Shown here one piece after another: positions 1 through 8,885 of a stretch of DNA of 64,000 bases (within the stretch, counting starts at the first letter, position 1; each line of letters starts with the position of its first letter). The position numbers and the translations under genes are program-made. Under the pieces are notes generated by a model. The model saw only the letters and a list, made by a program, of their open reading frames with translations, did no database searches and was not told the DNA's origin. Source of the DNA: an uncultured Nitrososphaerota archaeon (GTDB taxonomy: Archaea; Korarchaeota; Korarchaeia; Korarchaeales; Korarchaeaceae); the NCBI GenBank assembly GCA_964594835.1, contig CAZQNA010000006.1:1-64000 (forward strand). Direction: 5' to 3'.

Positions 1-49
1 TACCGTCCCCGGCCTCTCCGCCGATCATCACGGTCAGATCTGGGCCCAT
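1..49 (-). CDS. 2-oxoacid:acceptor oxidoreductase alpha subunit, N-terminus only (runs off window)
   Basis: Reverse strand from ATG at 49 reads MGPDLTVMIGGEAGDG, matching the N-terminal IGGEAG(D/Q)G motif of this family; AT-rich promoter-like region at 70-110. Not in the ORF track. Confidence 0.7.
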   Translation of the reverse strand, partial: MGPDLTVMIGGEAGDG

Positions 50-240
50 GAGCGCTCGGGGTCGCCCCGTTGAAAATGATAAAAAACATTTCCGATATGA
101 AAAACGGGGTTACGTGGGGGACTGGCTTCCCCTTATCGGCAACGGTCAAGGTCCTCTCGATCTGGCGATTTATCATCCCGTCCAAATTTTGCAGAGAACT
201 CTCCCCGCGCGCCGGCTGGGGGCGAGGTCAGGGGGCCCCG

Positions 241-1164
241 CTAGGGTACCGGGTAGAGCACGTCGGCGACCCTCCTCAGCTGGTCCAGCCCCCTGATCTC
301 CGACTCGAAGAGGGGCACGACAGTGACCCCAGGGGACTCTCCGAACTTCGCCAATATCTCCGCCAGGTGGGCCCCCTGCATCTCCCGCCTCCTCTTGAGG
401 AACTCGCAGCAGGCCTCGTCGGGGACCAACTCGTTGACCACGACCCCCAAAATCTCCAATCCGAAGGAGTCGAGCTCTCTGTGGACCCTCAAGGTTTGGG
501 CAACCGAGAGGGCCTCGGGGATGGTGACCAGAACCGCCCCCGCGTCCGGGGACCTCAGCATGGACAGCACGTCCATGGCCAGGGCGCGCCACTCCTCTAT
601 GATCTCCAGGGGGGACCTCTCGCCCCTCCTTATCCTCTCCAGCGTCCCCTTTATCCTAAGATAGAGCCTTGCCGCGTCTCCCATGTGAGAGTAGACCTGC
701 TCCTGTATCCTTATCAGCCTCAGCGTTCCGCCGGCCGGCGCGGTGTCCCACACTATGGCGTCGTACTCCCCGGATCGGTAGAAGTCGAGGACGTAGGCCA
801 GCAGGAACTCCTCGGCGAGCCCCGGAGCCCCAGCCACGTAGTCTATTATCTCCCTCCCGACGGGTAGGAACGAGCTGACCACGTGGTAGACCTCGTCCCC
901 ATACCTCCGCTTCCACATGTCTAGGACGAGATCCTCGTCCAGCTCCACGGCGCGGAGGTTTGGCGTGACCTCCGTCGGCCTCCCCCTCACGTCGACCTCT
1001 AGGATGTCGCTGAGCGAGGGCTGGAAGTCGCTCGACACGAGGAGCACCCTCTTCCCTCCGTCTGCAAGTCTCAGCGCGGTTGCTGCCGAGCAAGTCGTCT
1101 TACCCACACCGCCCTTCCCCGTGAACATGATCAGCCTCCTGTTCAGCGCGTCGGCCAGCGGCAT
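241..1164 (-). CDS. ArsA/GET3 family single-domain ATPase
   Basis: Deviant Walker A GKGGVGKTT, DTAP motif, APGLAE, C-terminal ACCEFLKRR; start taken at ATG 1164. Confidence 0.9.
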   Translation of the reverse strand: MPLADALNRRLIMFTGKGGVGKTTCSAATALRLADGGKRVLLVSSDFQPSLSDILEVDVRGRPTEVTPNLRAVELDEDLVLDMWKRRYGDEVYHVVSSFLPVGREIIDYVAGAPGLAEEFLLAYVLDFYRSGEYDAIVWDTAPAGGTLRLIRIQEQVYSHMGDAARLYLRIKGTLERIRRGERSPLEIIEEWRALAMDVLSMLRSPDAGAVLVTIPEALSVAQTLRVHRELDSFGLEILGVVVNELVPDEACCEFLKRRREMQGAHLAEILAKFGESPGVTVVPLFESEIRGLDQLRRVADVLYPVP

Positions 1165-1217
1165 CGCCCGCGCCCATCGGGTCACCGTAATAAGGGTCTC
1201 TGAGCCGGGGGCGGGCG

Positions 1218-1889
1218 ATGGCATCCCTCTCTAGGGAGGACGAGGAGGCAATAGCCTCCGCCGCCAGGAGGTACTACGGCCGCGACCCAGCCCACGGCTG
1301 GGACCACGTCCTGGCCGTCGTCAACGTGGCCAGGGAGATCGCGAGGGAGCTGGGCGCTGACGAGGCTGTCGTGGTGGCGGCGGCCTACTTTCACGACGCG
1401 GCCCCCAGGCTTGAGGCTGGCCACTCAGCCCACCCCCGGGCCTCCGCGGAGCTGGCGAGGTCCGAGCTCGCCAGGCTGGGGTGGCCAGCGGACCTCGTCG
1501 AGAGGGTGGCGGAGACCATAGTGGGCGCCTCCTACGAGGCCCGGCTTGCTGGCAGGGGAGCTGAGACCCCGGAGGCCCAGGCGCTGAGCGAGGCCGACCT
1601 ACTCGACGCCATGGGGGCCAGGGGGATAGCGAGGGCATTCGCGTTCGCCGCCTTCTACGGCTCCCCCGAGGGACTCGGGATCCTCGACTGGGACCCGGAG
1701 AACCCCCCGAGGCTCGAGATGAACCTGGAGGGGCCGGACCCCTCGGCCGTGTATCACTTCGCCTCGAAGCTCCTCCACCTCAGGGAGAGGATCAGGAGCG
1801 AGACAGGGAGGAGGCTGGCGGAGGGGAGGCACAGGTTCATGGTGGAGTTCCTCAGGAGGTACGCCGATGAGATGGCTGGCAGGGCCTAA
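1218..1889 (+). CDS. HD-domain metal-dependent phosphohydrolase
   Basis: AHGWDH ... AAYFHD ... EADLLDAMGARGIAR, HFASKLL motifs. Confidence 0.88.
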   Translation: MASLSREDEEAIASAARRYYGRDPAHGWDHVLAVVNVAREIARELGADEAVVVAAAYFHDAAPRLEAGHSAHPRASAELARSELARLGWPADLVERVAETIVGASYEARLAGRGAETPEAQALSEADLLDAMGARGIARAFAFAAFYGSPEGLGILDWDPENPPRLEMNLEGPDPSAVYHFASKLLHLRERIRSETGRRLAEGRHRFMVEFLRRYADEMAGRA

Positions 1890-1927
1890 GTGGGAAAGCT
1901 TATCCCCGTCCAACGTCACCCTCCCGC

Positions 1928-2401
1928 GTGTCGGAGGACACGGAGGCGGGTATCGAGAGGACGCTGAGGCTCATGTCCGAGCTCGGCGTCGATGGGGAGA
2001 TCGTCAGGCACGAGGGAGAGAGCGGCCGCACGTCCGAGGGGGCGGCCTCGGCCCTGGGAGTCCCGCTGGACAGGGTGATCAAGACCCTCATCTTTACCGC
2101 CAAGGGGAGATACGTGGCCGTCGTCACCAGGGGAGACAAGAGGGTAGACATCCGGGTCCTCAGGGAGATGACCGGCCTGAAGAAGCCCAGACTAGCGTCC
2201 CCGGAGGAGGTGGAGTCGCTCACCGGTTTTTGGCCCGGAGGGGTCCCTCCCTTCGCTCCTGTCGGCAAGATGCCGTGCCTCATTGATGAATCGGTCCTGG
2301 AGCGAGACTGGGTCGTGGGGGCCGCCGGGAGCGAGTACGCTGGGGTGAGGTTCGACCCCAGGGTTCTGGTTCGCCTCGGCTTCAGGCCGGCGAGGCTGTA
2401 G
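1928..2401 (+). CDS. YbaK/EbsC family aminoacyl-tRNA deacylase/editing protein
   Basis: VIKTL and TGFWPGGVPPF motifs. Confidence 0.88.
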   Translation: MSEDTEAGIERTLRLMSELGVDGEIVRHEGESGRTSEGAASALGVPLDRVIKTLIFTAKGRYVAVVTRGDKRVDIRVLREMTGLKKPRLASPEEVESLTGFWPGGVPPFAPVGKMPCLIDESVLERDWVVGAAGSEYAGVRFDPRVLVRLGFRPARL

Positions 2402-2460
2402 GCTGCGGGGATCTACAGCCCGGGCTCACCGCAGGCGTCCCACTAGGGGGGGATGAGGGC

Positions 2461-4845
2461 TCACGTCCTCATCACAGTCAGGGCTCGAGCCCCGATCCAC
2501 ACCAGAGCGGCAGGCGCGGCGACCAGCGCCGAGAGCACTACTCCGACGGAGCCGGCGGCCGCGAGGGTCTCGGCGGATAGGGAAACTCCCAGCGCCAGGA
2601 CGGCGGCGCTCGCGGCCCAGGTCGCCCCAATTGCCTTGAGCCACCTCTCGTCGACGTCTCTCCGAGCCATCCTGAGGGAGATCGCCATCGGCGCGAGCAG
2701 GTAGGACAGGCCAAGCAGGGAGGAGGCTAGCACACCCGCAGCCGTCACCGAGACCTCTGAGGGGCCTCCCGCCAGCTCAACCAACCCCTTGGAGGCCGAG
2801 AGCGACCAGATCAGCGGGGTCAGGGTCATCCTGACGGCGGCCATGAGCGTCGGCCTCTCTGAGATGAACTCCGCCACGGGAGGGCTCCAGGAGTAGTAGA
2901 ACGCGTTGAAGACCCTGAGGAACGCGGTCCCGGCGAACGTCGAGGCCACGTCGTCGTCCCTGAACTCCCTCAGCATCTGCACCTGGGGGGCCATCTCTGA
3001 CCCGTACGCCGCCGTGGCGATCACGCACCTGCTGGGGATGGGCTGCTGGGAGGACTGGACGGTCAGGGTGGCCGTGGTAGTCTTCACAGTCCCTTCTCCC
3101 GAGGCGGTGACCGTCACCGTGAAGCTCCCGGTCGTCGAGCCCGTTCTCACCTCGAGCGTGGCCACGCCAGTCGGGGTCAGGGTCTCGGGGGTCAGCTGGT
3201 GGGTGTAGTCCGAGGGCAGGCCTGAGACGGCGAGTGAGACCGGCTGCGGCGTCCCGGATGTAGACTGAACCGTCACCGTGAAGGTCACGGCGTCCCCCGG
3301 GGCCACCGCCACGCTCTCCGGGGATATGGAGACGGCGAAGTCGAACCCGCCCTGTGGGAGCGAGGTGCTCGGCGGGGGCGTGGTCGTCTGCGTGCTCGCC
3401 CCCGGGCTTATCGTCAGCGTCACAGAGGCCGAGTGGGTCTTCCCACCCCCGGAGGCGGTCACGGTCAGGATGAAGCTCCCCACCGCCTCACCAGTCTGCA
3501 CGTGGAGGGTCGCAGCGTAGGCTCCGGTCTGAGTGACGCTGAAGGTGGCGTCTGGCGGAAGCCCCTCTACACTGACCGTTATGGGATCGGAGAACCCGCC
3601 TATGGGCGTTATCTCTATCGTGTAGTCGGCCACCTCTCCAGGCGAGACGCTCCGACTTGTTGGGGACACGGACAACGAGAAGTCCAGCTCCACGGTCCGC
3701 TGCACCGTGAGGTGAGCGGTCGCAACGTGAGCCTTGCTGCCGGCAGACCCCGTCACGGATATCAGGCTCGTCCCCTCCGGGGCGCCCGCCTCCACCACTA
3801 TGGTCAGGGTCGAGGAGAACGGGGGCACGCCGCTCGTCCTGCTGAACTCGTATGTCGCCCCCTCCGGCAGGCCCGTCACGCTCAGGTGGACCGTCTGGTC
3901 GAAGTTGCCGATGGGCGTGACCTCTACGGTGAAGGTGGTGGACGAGCCGGCCTCGACTGTCCTGCCCGAGGGAGAGATCTGGACCTCGAAGTCCCTCGGA
4001 GCCTCCTCCACGTGGACGGTGAGGTCCGCCTGCTCGGACACGAAGCCCCAGAAGCCCGAGAGGGTGCCCGCGACGCTCACGTCGTAGTCGTCCACGTCGG
4101 CGTCCTCGGAGGCCGTGATGGTGAGGGTGGTCGTGACCTCGCCGCCCGGAGGCAGCTCCAGCGAGTCGTCGTCGAGTTCGAGCGCCACCCCCTTGTCGGA
4201 GAGGTCCGGGGAGACCTGCAGCGGGACAGTGCCGTATCCCCCGTCGACGGACGAGAGGGTCACCTCCAGCCGGACTGTCTCTCCCTGCCTCAGGGTGACC
4301 TCCGTCTCGTTGAGCTCGATGCTGAAGTCCGGCTTGAGGCCCCAGGTCCTGTAGAAGTAGTCTATGCTGTCGGCCGAGCCGTCGGTGATCGCGTGCCCGG
4401 GACACCCCCCACCGGAGTTGGCGTGCCAGACCAGCGGATAAATGGTGCTGACCTCGATGACGTACGGCTCCCCGGGCTCGACTGTCATTGGTGGATCTAT
4501 CTCGATTGCGACCCACCCAGAAGAGCCCGGACCAAAGAGGAAATTCTTTGAGGCCAACACGGGCCCCGTTATGGAGCCCTTCCTGAGCTTGACTGTGAAG
4601 GGCGTCTGCCCGCCCCACACGCTCTCCAGCAGGACCTCAACCTTCGTCAGGGTAGCCAGTCTAGGGTAGAACACCTGCCCTACGGGCATGTGGTCCTTGA
4701 CCAAGGTCCAGCTGCCGTCAAACCTGCACTCCCTGTCGCGAATCTCCACGGGCGAGGTCGCCCCCAGAGTGATGTCGGGCAGGTTGACGGCGAGGAGCAG
4801 CCCGAGCAGGACCAACAGCCCCGCCGGGCGCGATACATTTCCCAT
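2461..4845 (-). CDS. Secreted multi-Ig-like surface protein with CFI-box-CTERM domain
   Basis: N-terminal signal peptide; four beta-rich repeats starting DF(S/E/A)(I/V/L)xx(S/N); Thr/Pro linker; CVIATAAYGSEMAPQVQMLREFRD ... FYYSWSPPVA followed by several TM helices. Confidence 0.82.
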   Translation of the reverse strand: MGNVSRPAGLLVLLGLLLAVNLPDITLGATSPVEIRDRECRFDGSWTLVKDHMPVGQVFYPRLATLTKVEVLLESVWGGQTPFTVKLRKGSITGPVLASKNFLFGPGSSGWVAIEIDPPMTVEPGEPYVIEVSTIYPLVWHANSGGGCPGHAITDGSADSIDYFYRTWGLKPDFSIELNETEVTLRQGETVRLEVTLSSVDGGYGTVPLQVSPDLSDKGVALELDDDSLELPPGGEVTTTLTITASEDADVDDYDVSVAGTLSGFWGFVSEQADLTVHVEEAPRDFEVQISPSGRTVEAGSSTTFTVEVTPIGNFDQTVHLSVTGLPEGATYEFSRTSGVPPFSSTLTIVVEAGAPEGTSLISVTGSAGSKAHVATAHLTVQRTVELDFSLSVSPTSRSVSPGEVADYTIEITPIGGFSDPITVSVEGLPPDATFSVTQTGAYAATLHVQTGEAVGSFILTVTASGGGKTHSASVTLTISPGASTQTTTPPPSTSLPQGGFDFAVSISPESVAVAPGDAVTFTVTVQSTSGTPQPVSLAVSGLPSDYTHQLTPETLTPTGVATLEVRTGSTTGSFTVTVTASGEGTVKTTTATLTVQSSQQPIPSRCVIATAAYGSEMAPQVQMLREFRDDDVASTFAGTAFLRVFNAFYYSWSPPVAEFISERPTLMAAVRMTLTPLIWSLSASKGLVELAGGPSEVSVTAAGVLASSLLGLSYLLAPMAISLRMARRDVDERWLKAIGATWAASAAVLALGVSLSAETLAAAGSVGVVLSALVAAPAALVWIGARALTVMRT

Positions 4846-4962
4846 AAACTCCCTCGGCGCGAACTCGTATTTAACTGAGGGGTAGGGCGCATGAGGGGAA
4901 AAATCAACGGGGGGAACCGTTGGCCCGTCTCAAGGCGGCACCATCCGACAGGCCGCGGACCC

Positions 4963-5220
4963 TCATCCACCTCTCCTCTCCGATGCGCCCTCGGGCTGAT
5001 CCAGCTCGAACACCTCCAGGCGGGACCTCTGGCCCCTGACGAGCCTCACCCTCTCCTGGCTCACGCCGAAGTACTCGGCCAGGAGTCTCCTGGCCTCCTC
5101 ATTTGCCCGCCCTCTCGAGGGGGGAGATCGAACCCACACCACGAGTTCGCCGCTCCTCTCCTCCACAGCCCTCCTCCTGGCTCTCGGATTCACTAGGACC
5201 CTCACGAGCAAGTTCAGCAC
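4963..5220 (-). CDS. DUF167/YggU family protein
   Basis: VNPRAR ... VRSPPSRGRANEE ... VRGQRSR; GTG start overlaps stop of the upstream Lrp gene. Confidence 0.85.
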   Translation of the reverse strand: MLNLLVRVLVNPRARRRAVEERSGELVVWVRSPPSRGRANEEARRLLAEYFGVSQERVRLVRGQRSRLEVFELDQPEGASERRGG

Positions 5221-5672
5221 CTCGTCTTGAGGGTCTCCGTGACGACCGCCGGACAGACTCTGGTGACTCCCCTCATCTGCTCGATCTCCTTGATGATGTT
5301 CTCCATCTCCTCCTCGTCCCTCGCCCATATCTCCAGCATTATCGCGTGGTCTCCGGCCGTGATCCAGGCGCCCTTGACGTAATCTCTCTGGGCCAGCTCC
5401 CTGGCCAGCCTGATCAGATCCCCGGGCTCCACGTCCACCCCAGTGAGAGACACTACCTTGTAGCCCAGCGCCTTTGGATCCACTATGGCCGTGTATCCCA
5501 AGATGACTCCGCTCTTCTCCAGCCTGTTCAACCTCTTCCTGACTGCGACGTCGCTTATTCCGAGCGAGTCCGCCATCTCCCTGTAGGTGGATCTCCCGTT
5601 CCTCATGAGCATCCGAACGATGGCCCTGTCCTTCTCGTCCAGCAGGAGCCCGGTCTTGGTCGTTTTCACCAT
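5214..5672 (-). CDS. Lrp/AsnC family transcriptional regulator (LrpA-like)
   Basis: LDEKDRAIVRML HTH, VRKRLNRLEKSGVILGY, C-terminal RAM domain ending VTRVCPAV. Confidence 0.92.
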   Translation of the reverse strand: MVKTTKTGLLLDEKDRAIVRMLMRNGRSTYREMADSLGISDVAVRKRLNRLEKSGVILGYTAIVDPKALGYKVVSLTGVDVEPGDLIRLARELAQRDYVKGAWITAGDHAIMLEIWARDEEEMENIIKEIEQMRGVTRVCPAVVTETLKTRC

Positions 5673-5716
5673 TTGGCGCTCGAATTCACTCGTCCTCTAG
5701 TAGTAATTAAAGCATT

Positions 5717-5736
5717 CGAAAAAGAAACCTTTTTCG
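5717..5736. promoter_or_regulatory. Palindromic operator candidate upstream of Lrp gene
   Basis: CGAAAAAG-N4-CTTTTTCG perfect 8-bp inverted repeat next to a minus-strand TATA-like TTTAATTA (about 5704-5711). Confidence 0.5.
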
Positions 5737-5887
5737 TTTAGAATTAGAAACCAATCATTCGCTGACCCTGATTCCGCGGTAACGTTCACAGGTTGGGTGA
5801 AGTTGCCGAGAAGGCGGGAATCGTTGGCGCTAATAGGGCCTTTCAATGACAACGTGATCGTCATCGAAAAACTGGGGGGAGCGGCTG

Positions 5888-6058
5888 TCAGCCCATCCTC
5901 TCAAAGAGCTCCTTTGAGGCCCCGCATATGGGGCACACCCAGTCGTCGGGGAGATCCTCAAACCTGGTCCCGGGGGCTATCCCGTGGGCCGGATCCCCCC
6001 TCTCCTCATCGAGAACATACCCGCAGACCGTGCACCGCCACTTGGCCAGCCTGATCAC
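5888..6058 (-). CDS. Rubredoxin
   Basis: Manual translation [56 protein letters not shown], with both CxxCG motifs; immediately downstream of superoxide reductase. Missing from the ORF track. Confidence 0.95.
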   Translation of the reverse strand: MIRLAKWRCTVCGYVLDEERGDPAHGIAPGTRFEDLPDDWVCPICGASKELFERMG

Positions 6059-6062
6059 CCGC

Positions 6063-6440
6063 CTACTCGACCTCGATCCTCTTCGAGTTCTCCCACACCC
6101 CGTGGACGTTGCAGTACTCCAGCGCGAAGAGGGTCGACGACCTCCTGAGCCTCATCCTGACCGTGACCTTGGGCTCGGCGTAGCCCGGCCCCAGGTCGAA
6201 CGTCGCAACGTGAACTGGATTGTAGGGCCTGTCGTCCTCCCTGATGAACAGCTGTATCCACTTGATGTGGTGCTCGACCGTGTTCGGGTGCGGCACGCCC
6301 TTCCCGACGATGACCGTGACCTCGAACTCCTCTCCAGCCTTCACCCTATCAGGAGCCTCTATGTGGGGAGTGTGCTTCTCCCCACCGAGTTCTGCCTCCT
6401 TGGCCCGGGTGTACAGGGTGTCACCGAACCTCTCGGCCAT
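6063..6440 (-). CDS. Superoxide reductase-like (neelaredoxin/class II SORL)
   Basis: [25 protein letters not shown] iron-ligand motifs. Confidence 0.92.
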   Translation of the reverse strand: MAERFGDTLYTRAKEAELGGEKHTPHIEAPDRVKAGEEFEVTVIVGKGVPHPNTVEHHIKWIQLFIREDDRPYNPVHVATFDLGPGYAEPKVTVRMRLRRSSTLFALEYCNVHGVWENSKRIEVE

Positions 6441-6658
6441 TGCGCCACCCGACTGGAGGTTCGAGGGGGCAGATATAACTTCTGTTTCCTGTCATGAGAG
6501 GGTTCTATCCTCGAACCATGCCGACAGGGAAGGATCCCCGGCTGGGGGCCGCGAGTTACTTCTCCCCTCCTCTCACGCGCGACGCCGCTTCGCGTCGGCC
6601 GAGATTCCGCGACCTCTCAGGCAACCTCTTAAATCACCGGTGGAACCCGGGCCGGGAC

Positions 6659-8848
6659 ATGACCAAGGTCCTCGTGATAACTGAGAAGCCGAAGGTGGCG
6701 CAGAAGATAGCTCAGGTCTTGGCTGGGAAGAGCGTCAAGTCCGAGAGGAGGGGACGAGTTTCGGTCTACCGATTCGAGAGGGGTGGTGAGGAGTGGGTCG
6801 TCGTGCCAGCGTCGGGGCACGTGCTTGAGCTCGACTTCCCCGACTCCAAGAAGGAGTGGACATTCCCCGTGATCTACCCCCCCGAGAAGCTCACCTTCAG
6901 GCCGATAAGGGGGAAGTCCGCCTACCTCAAGGTGATCAGGGAGGAGGGCAGGGACGCGGACAGGATCATCGTGGCCACGGACCTTGACACCGAGGGATCT
7001 GCCATCGGCCTGGAGATCCTGAGGTACCTCAGGTGGGAGGGGAAGAAGGAGATCCTCAGGGCGGAGTTCTCAGCCCTGACGCCGGACGCGATCCGGAGGG
7101 CGTTCTCTGACCTGAAGCCCTTCGACTACCCGAGGGCCAACGCCGGCTGGGCGAGGAGGGTCCTGGACCTCGAGTGGGGGGCGAACGTCACCAGGGCCCT
7201 CACCCTCGCGACCCGGGAGCACAGCTGGGTGAAGGTGCTCTCGGGGGGCAGGGTCCAGAGCCCGGCCCTCGCCCTGATAGTCAAGAGGGAGGAGGAGATC
7301 AGAAACTTCGTCCCCAGGAAGTACTACGTCGTCACCGGCGTCTTCGAGACCCCCCGCGGGGAGAGGTTCGAGGCGGAGGCCCTGCCCCCCAAGGGGCAGG
7401 ACAGGATCTGGGACAGGGAACTCGCCGAGAGGATCAGGGAGGAGGTCCTGGGAAGGTCGGGTCCAGCCAAGGTGACGTCGAGGGAGGTCAGGGTGTCCCC
7501 GCCTCCGCCTTTCAACGGCACAGACATGCAGGTGGAGGTCAGCAGGATAACCGGGCTCACCCCGAGGCAGATAGCCGACAGGACGACGGGAATAGCCCAG
7601 CAGCTATACGAGGCCGGTCTCATAAGCTACATAGGGACTGAGAGTCAGAGGTACCCCAAGGAGTGGGGCGAGGAGGAGTTCAAGTCGATGGTGAAGGTGA
7701 TAGGGAGCTGGGATCCCCTGAGAGAGGCCGCCAGGTGGGTCCTCGAGAACATGAGGGTCAGCCCCGTGGAGGGAAAGAAGAGCGACCCCGCGCACCCCTG
7801 CATCCACGTGGTCGGCGCCCCCAAGGGGCCCGACGACCTGCCCACCAAGAGGCACGCGAGGGTCTACGAAATAGTCGCCAGGAGGGTCCTGGCGACGCTC
7901 TCGCCGGACGGGAGGGACAGGCGGACCAGGGTAGATGTGGTCGTGGAAGGTCACCCGTTCAGGGCGACGGGGAGGGTGGTCCTGGAGCAGGGGTGGAGGA
8001 GGGTCTACCCCTTCGCCAGGGCGGAGGTCAGGGAGCTCCCAAGGGTCGAGACCGGCGAGGAGCTCAGGTGCGTCGACGTCAGGATAGAGGAGAAGGAGAC
8101 CCAGCCCCCGCCCCGCTACACCCCCAGGAGCCTCATAAGGGAGATGGAGAGGCTCGGGCTCGGGACAAAGAACACCAGGGCCCAGATCCTCGACATCCTG
8201 AGGGAGAGGGGCTACGTGGAGGGGAAGAGCTTCAGGCCGACGCCCATAGGGGAGGCTGTGATCAGGGCTCTGGAGAGGAGCGTACCGGAGATAGTCAGCC
8301 CCGAGCTAACGGCCCAGCTCGACAGGGCCATGCAGGAGATTGAGCTCGGGAGGCTGGACCACAGGGATTTCCTGAGAAGCACCCTGGATAGGCTCGAGGA
8401 GATCGCGAGGGAGTTCGAGGAGAGGAGCGGCGAGCTGGGGCAGTCGCTGGCGGAGGCCGTCAGGGCCCACAGGCGCGCTTCCAGGGAGGTCGGGACGTGC
8501 CCCAAGTGCGGGTCTCCGCTGGTGATCAGGAGGTCGAGGTACGGCAGGTTCGTGTCCTGCTCGGCCTACCCGGAGTGCGACGTGAAGTACAACTTATACC
8601 CGGGGGAGGAGGTGACCGCCGACCTCTGCGAGTGTGGCCTCCCCCTGGTGAGGGGGAGGATCCGCACAAAGTCTGGAAAGACGCTCAGGTACCTAAGGTG
8701 CCTGGGAAACTGCGAGAAAACGCCCCTCAGGTGCAGGGAGTGCGGCGCCCCGGCAGTTCCGAGGAAGGGCAGGTACGGAGTGTTCATAGCGTGCACCCAG
8801 TGCGACAAGGTCAACTACTTCGTCGTCAGGAGGAGGAGGGCCGGCTGA
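6659..8848 (+). CDS. topA: DNA topoisomerase type IA with C-terminal zinc ribbons
   Basis: TOPRIM ITEKP ... ATDLDTEG, SGGRVQSP, catalytic Tyr in GLISYIGTES, GLGTKNTR, several CxxC pairs; TTAAAT about 30 bp before ATG 6659. Confidence 0.93.
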   Translation: MTKVLVITEKPKVAQKIAQVLAGKSVKSERRGRVSVYRFERGGEEWVVVPASGHVLELDFPDSKKEWTFPVIYPPEKLTFRPIRGKSAYLKVIREEGRDADRIIVATDLDTEGSAIGLEILRYLRWEGKKEILRAEFSALTPDAIRRAFSDLKPFDYPRANAGWARRVLDLEWGANVTRALTLATREHSWVKVLSGGRVQSPALALIVKREEEIRNFVPRKYYVVTGVFETPRGERFEAEALPPKGQDRIWDRELAERIREEVLGRSGPAKVTSREVRVSPPPPFNGTDMQVEVSRITGLTPRQIADRTTGIAQQLYEAGLISYIGTESQRYPKEWGEEEFKSMVKVIGSWDPLREAARWVLENMRVSPVEGKKSDPAHPCIHVVGAPKGPDDLPTKRHARVYEIVARRVLATLSPDGRDRRTRVDVVVEGHPFRATGRVVLEQGWRRVYPFARAEVRELPRVETGEELRCVDVRIEEKETQPPPRYTPRSLIREMERLGLGTKNTRAQILDILRERGYVEGKSFRPTPIGEAVIRALERSVPEIVSPELTAQLDRAMQEIELGRLDHRDFLRSTLDRLEEIAREFEERSGELGQSLAEAVRAHRRASREVGTCPKCGSPLVIRRSRYGRFVSCSAYPECDVKYNLYPGEEVTADLCECGLPLVRGRIRTKSGKTLRYLRCLGNCEKTPLRCRECGAPAVPRKGRYGVFIACTQCDKVNYFVVRRRRAG

Positions 8849-8885
8849 CGCCGGCCGCTTCCCTCCGGGCCGGTGACCTGTTCGG

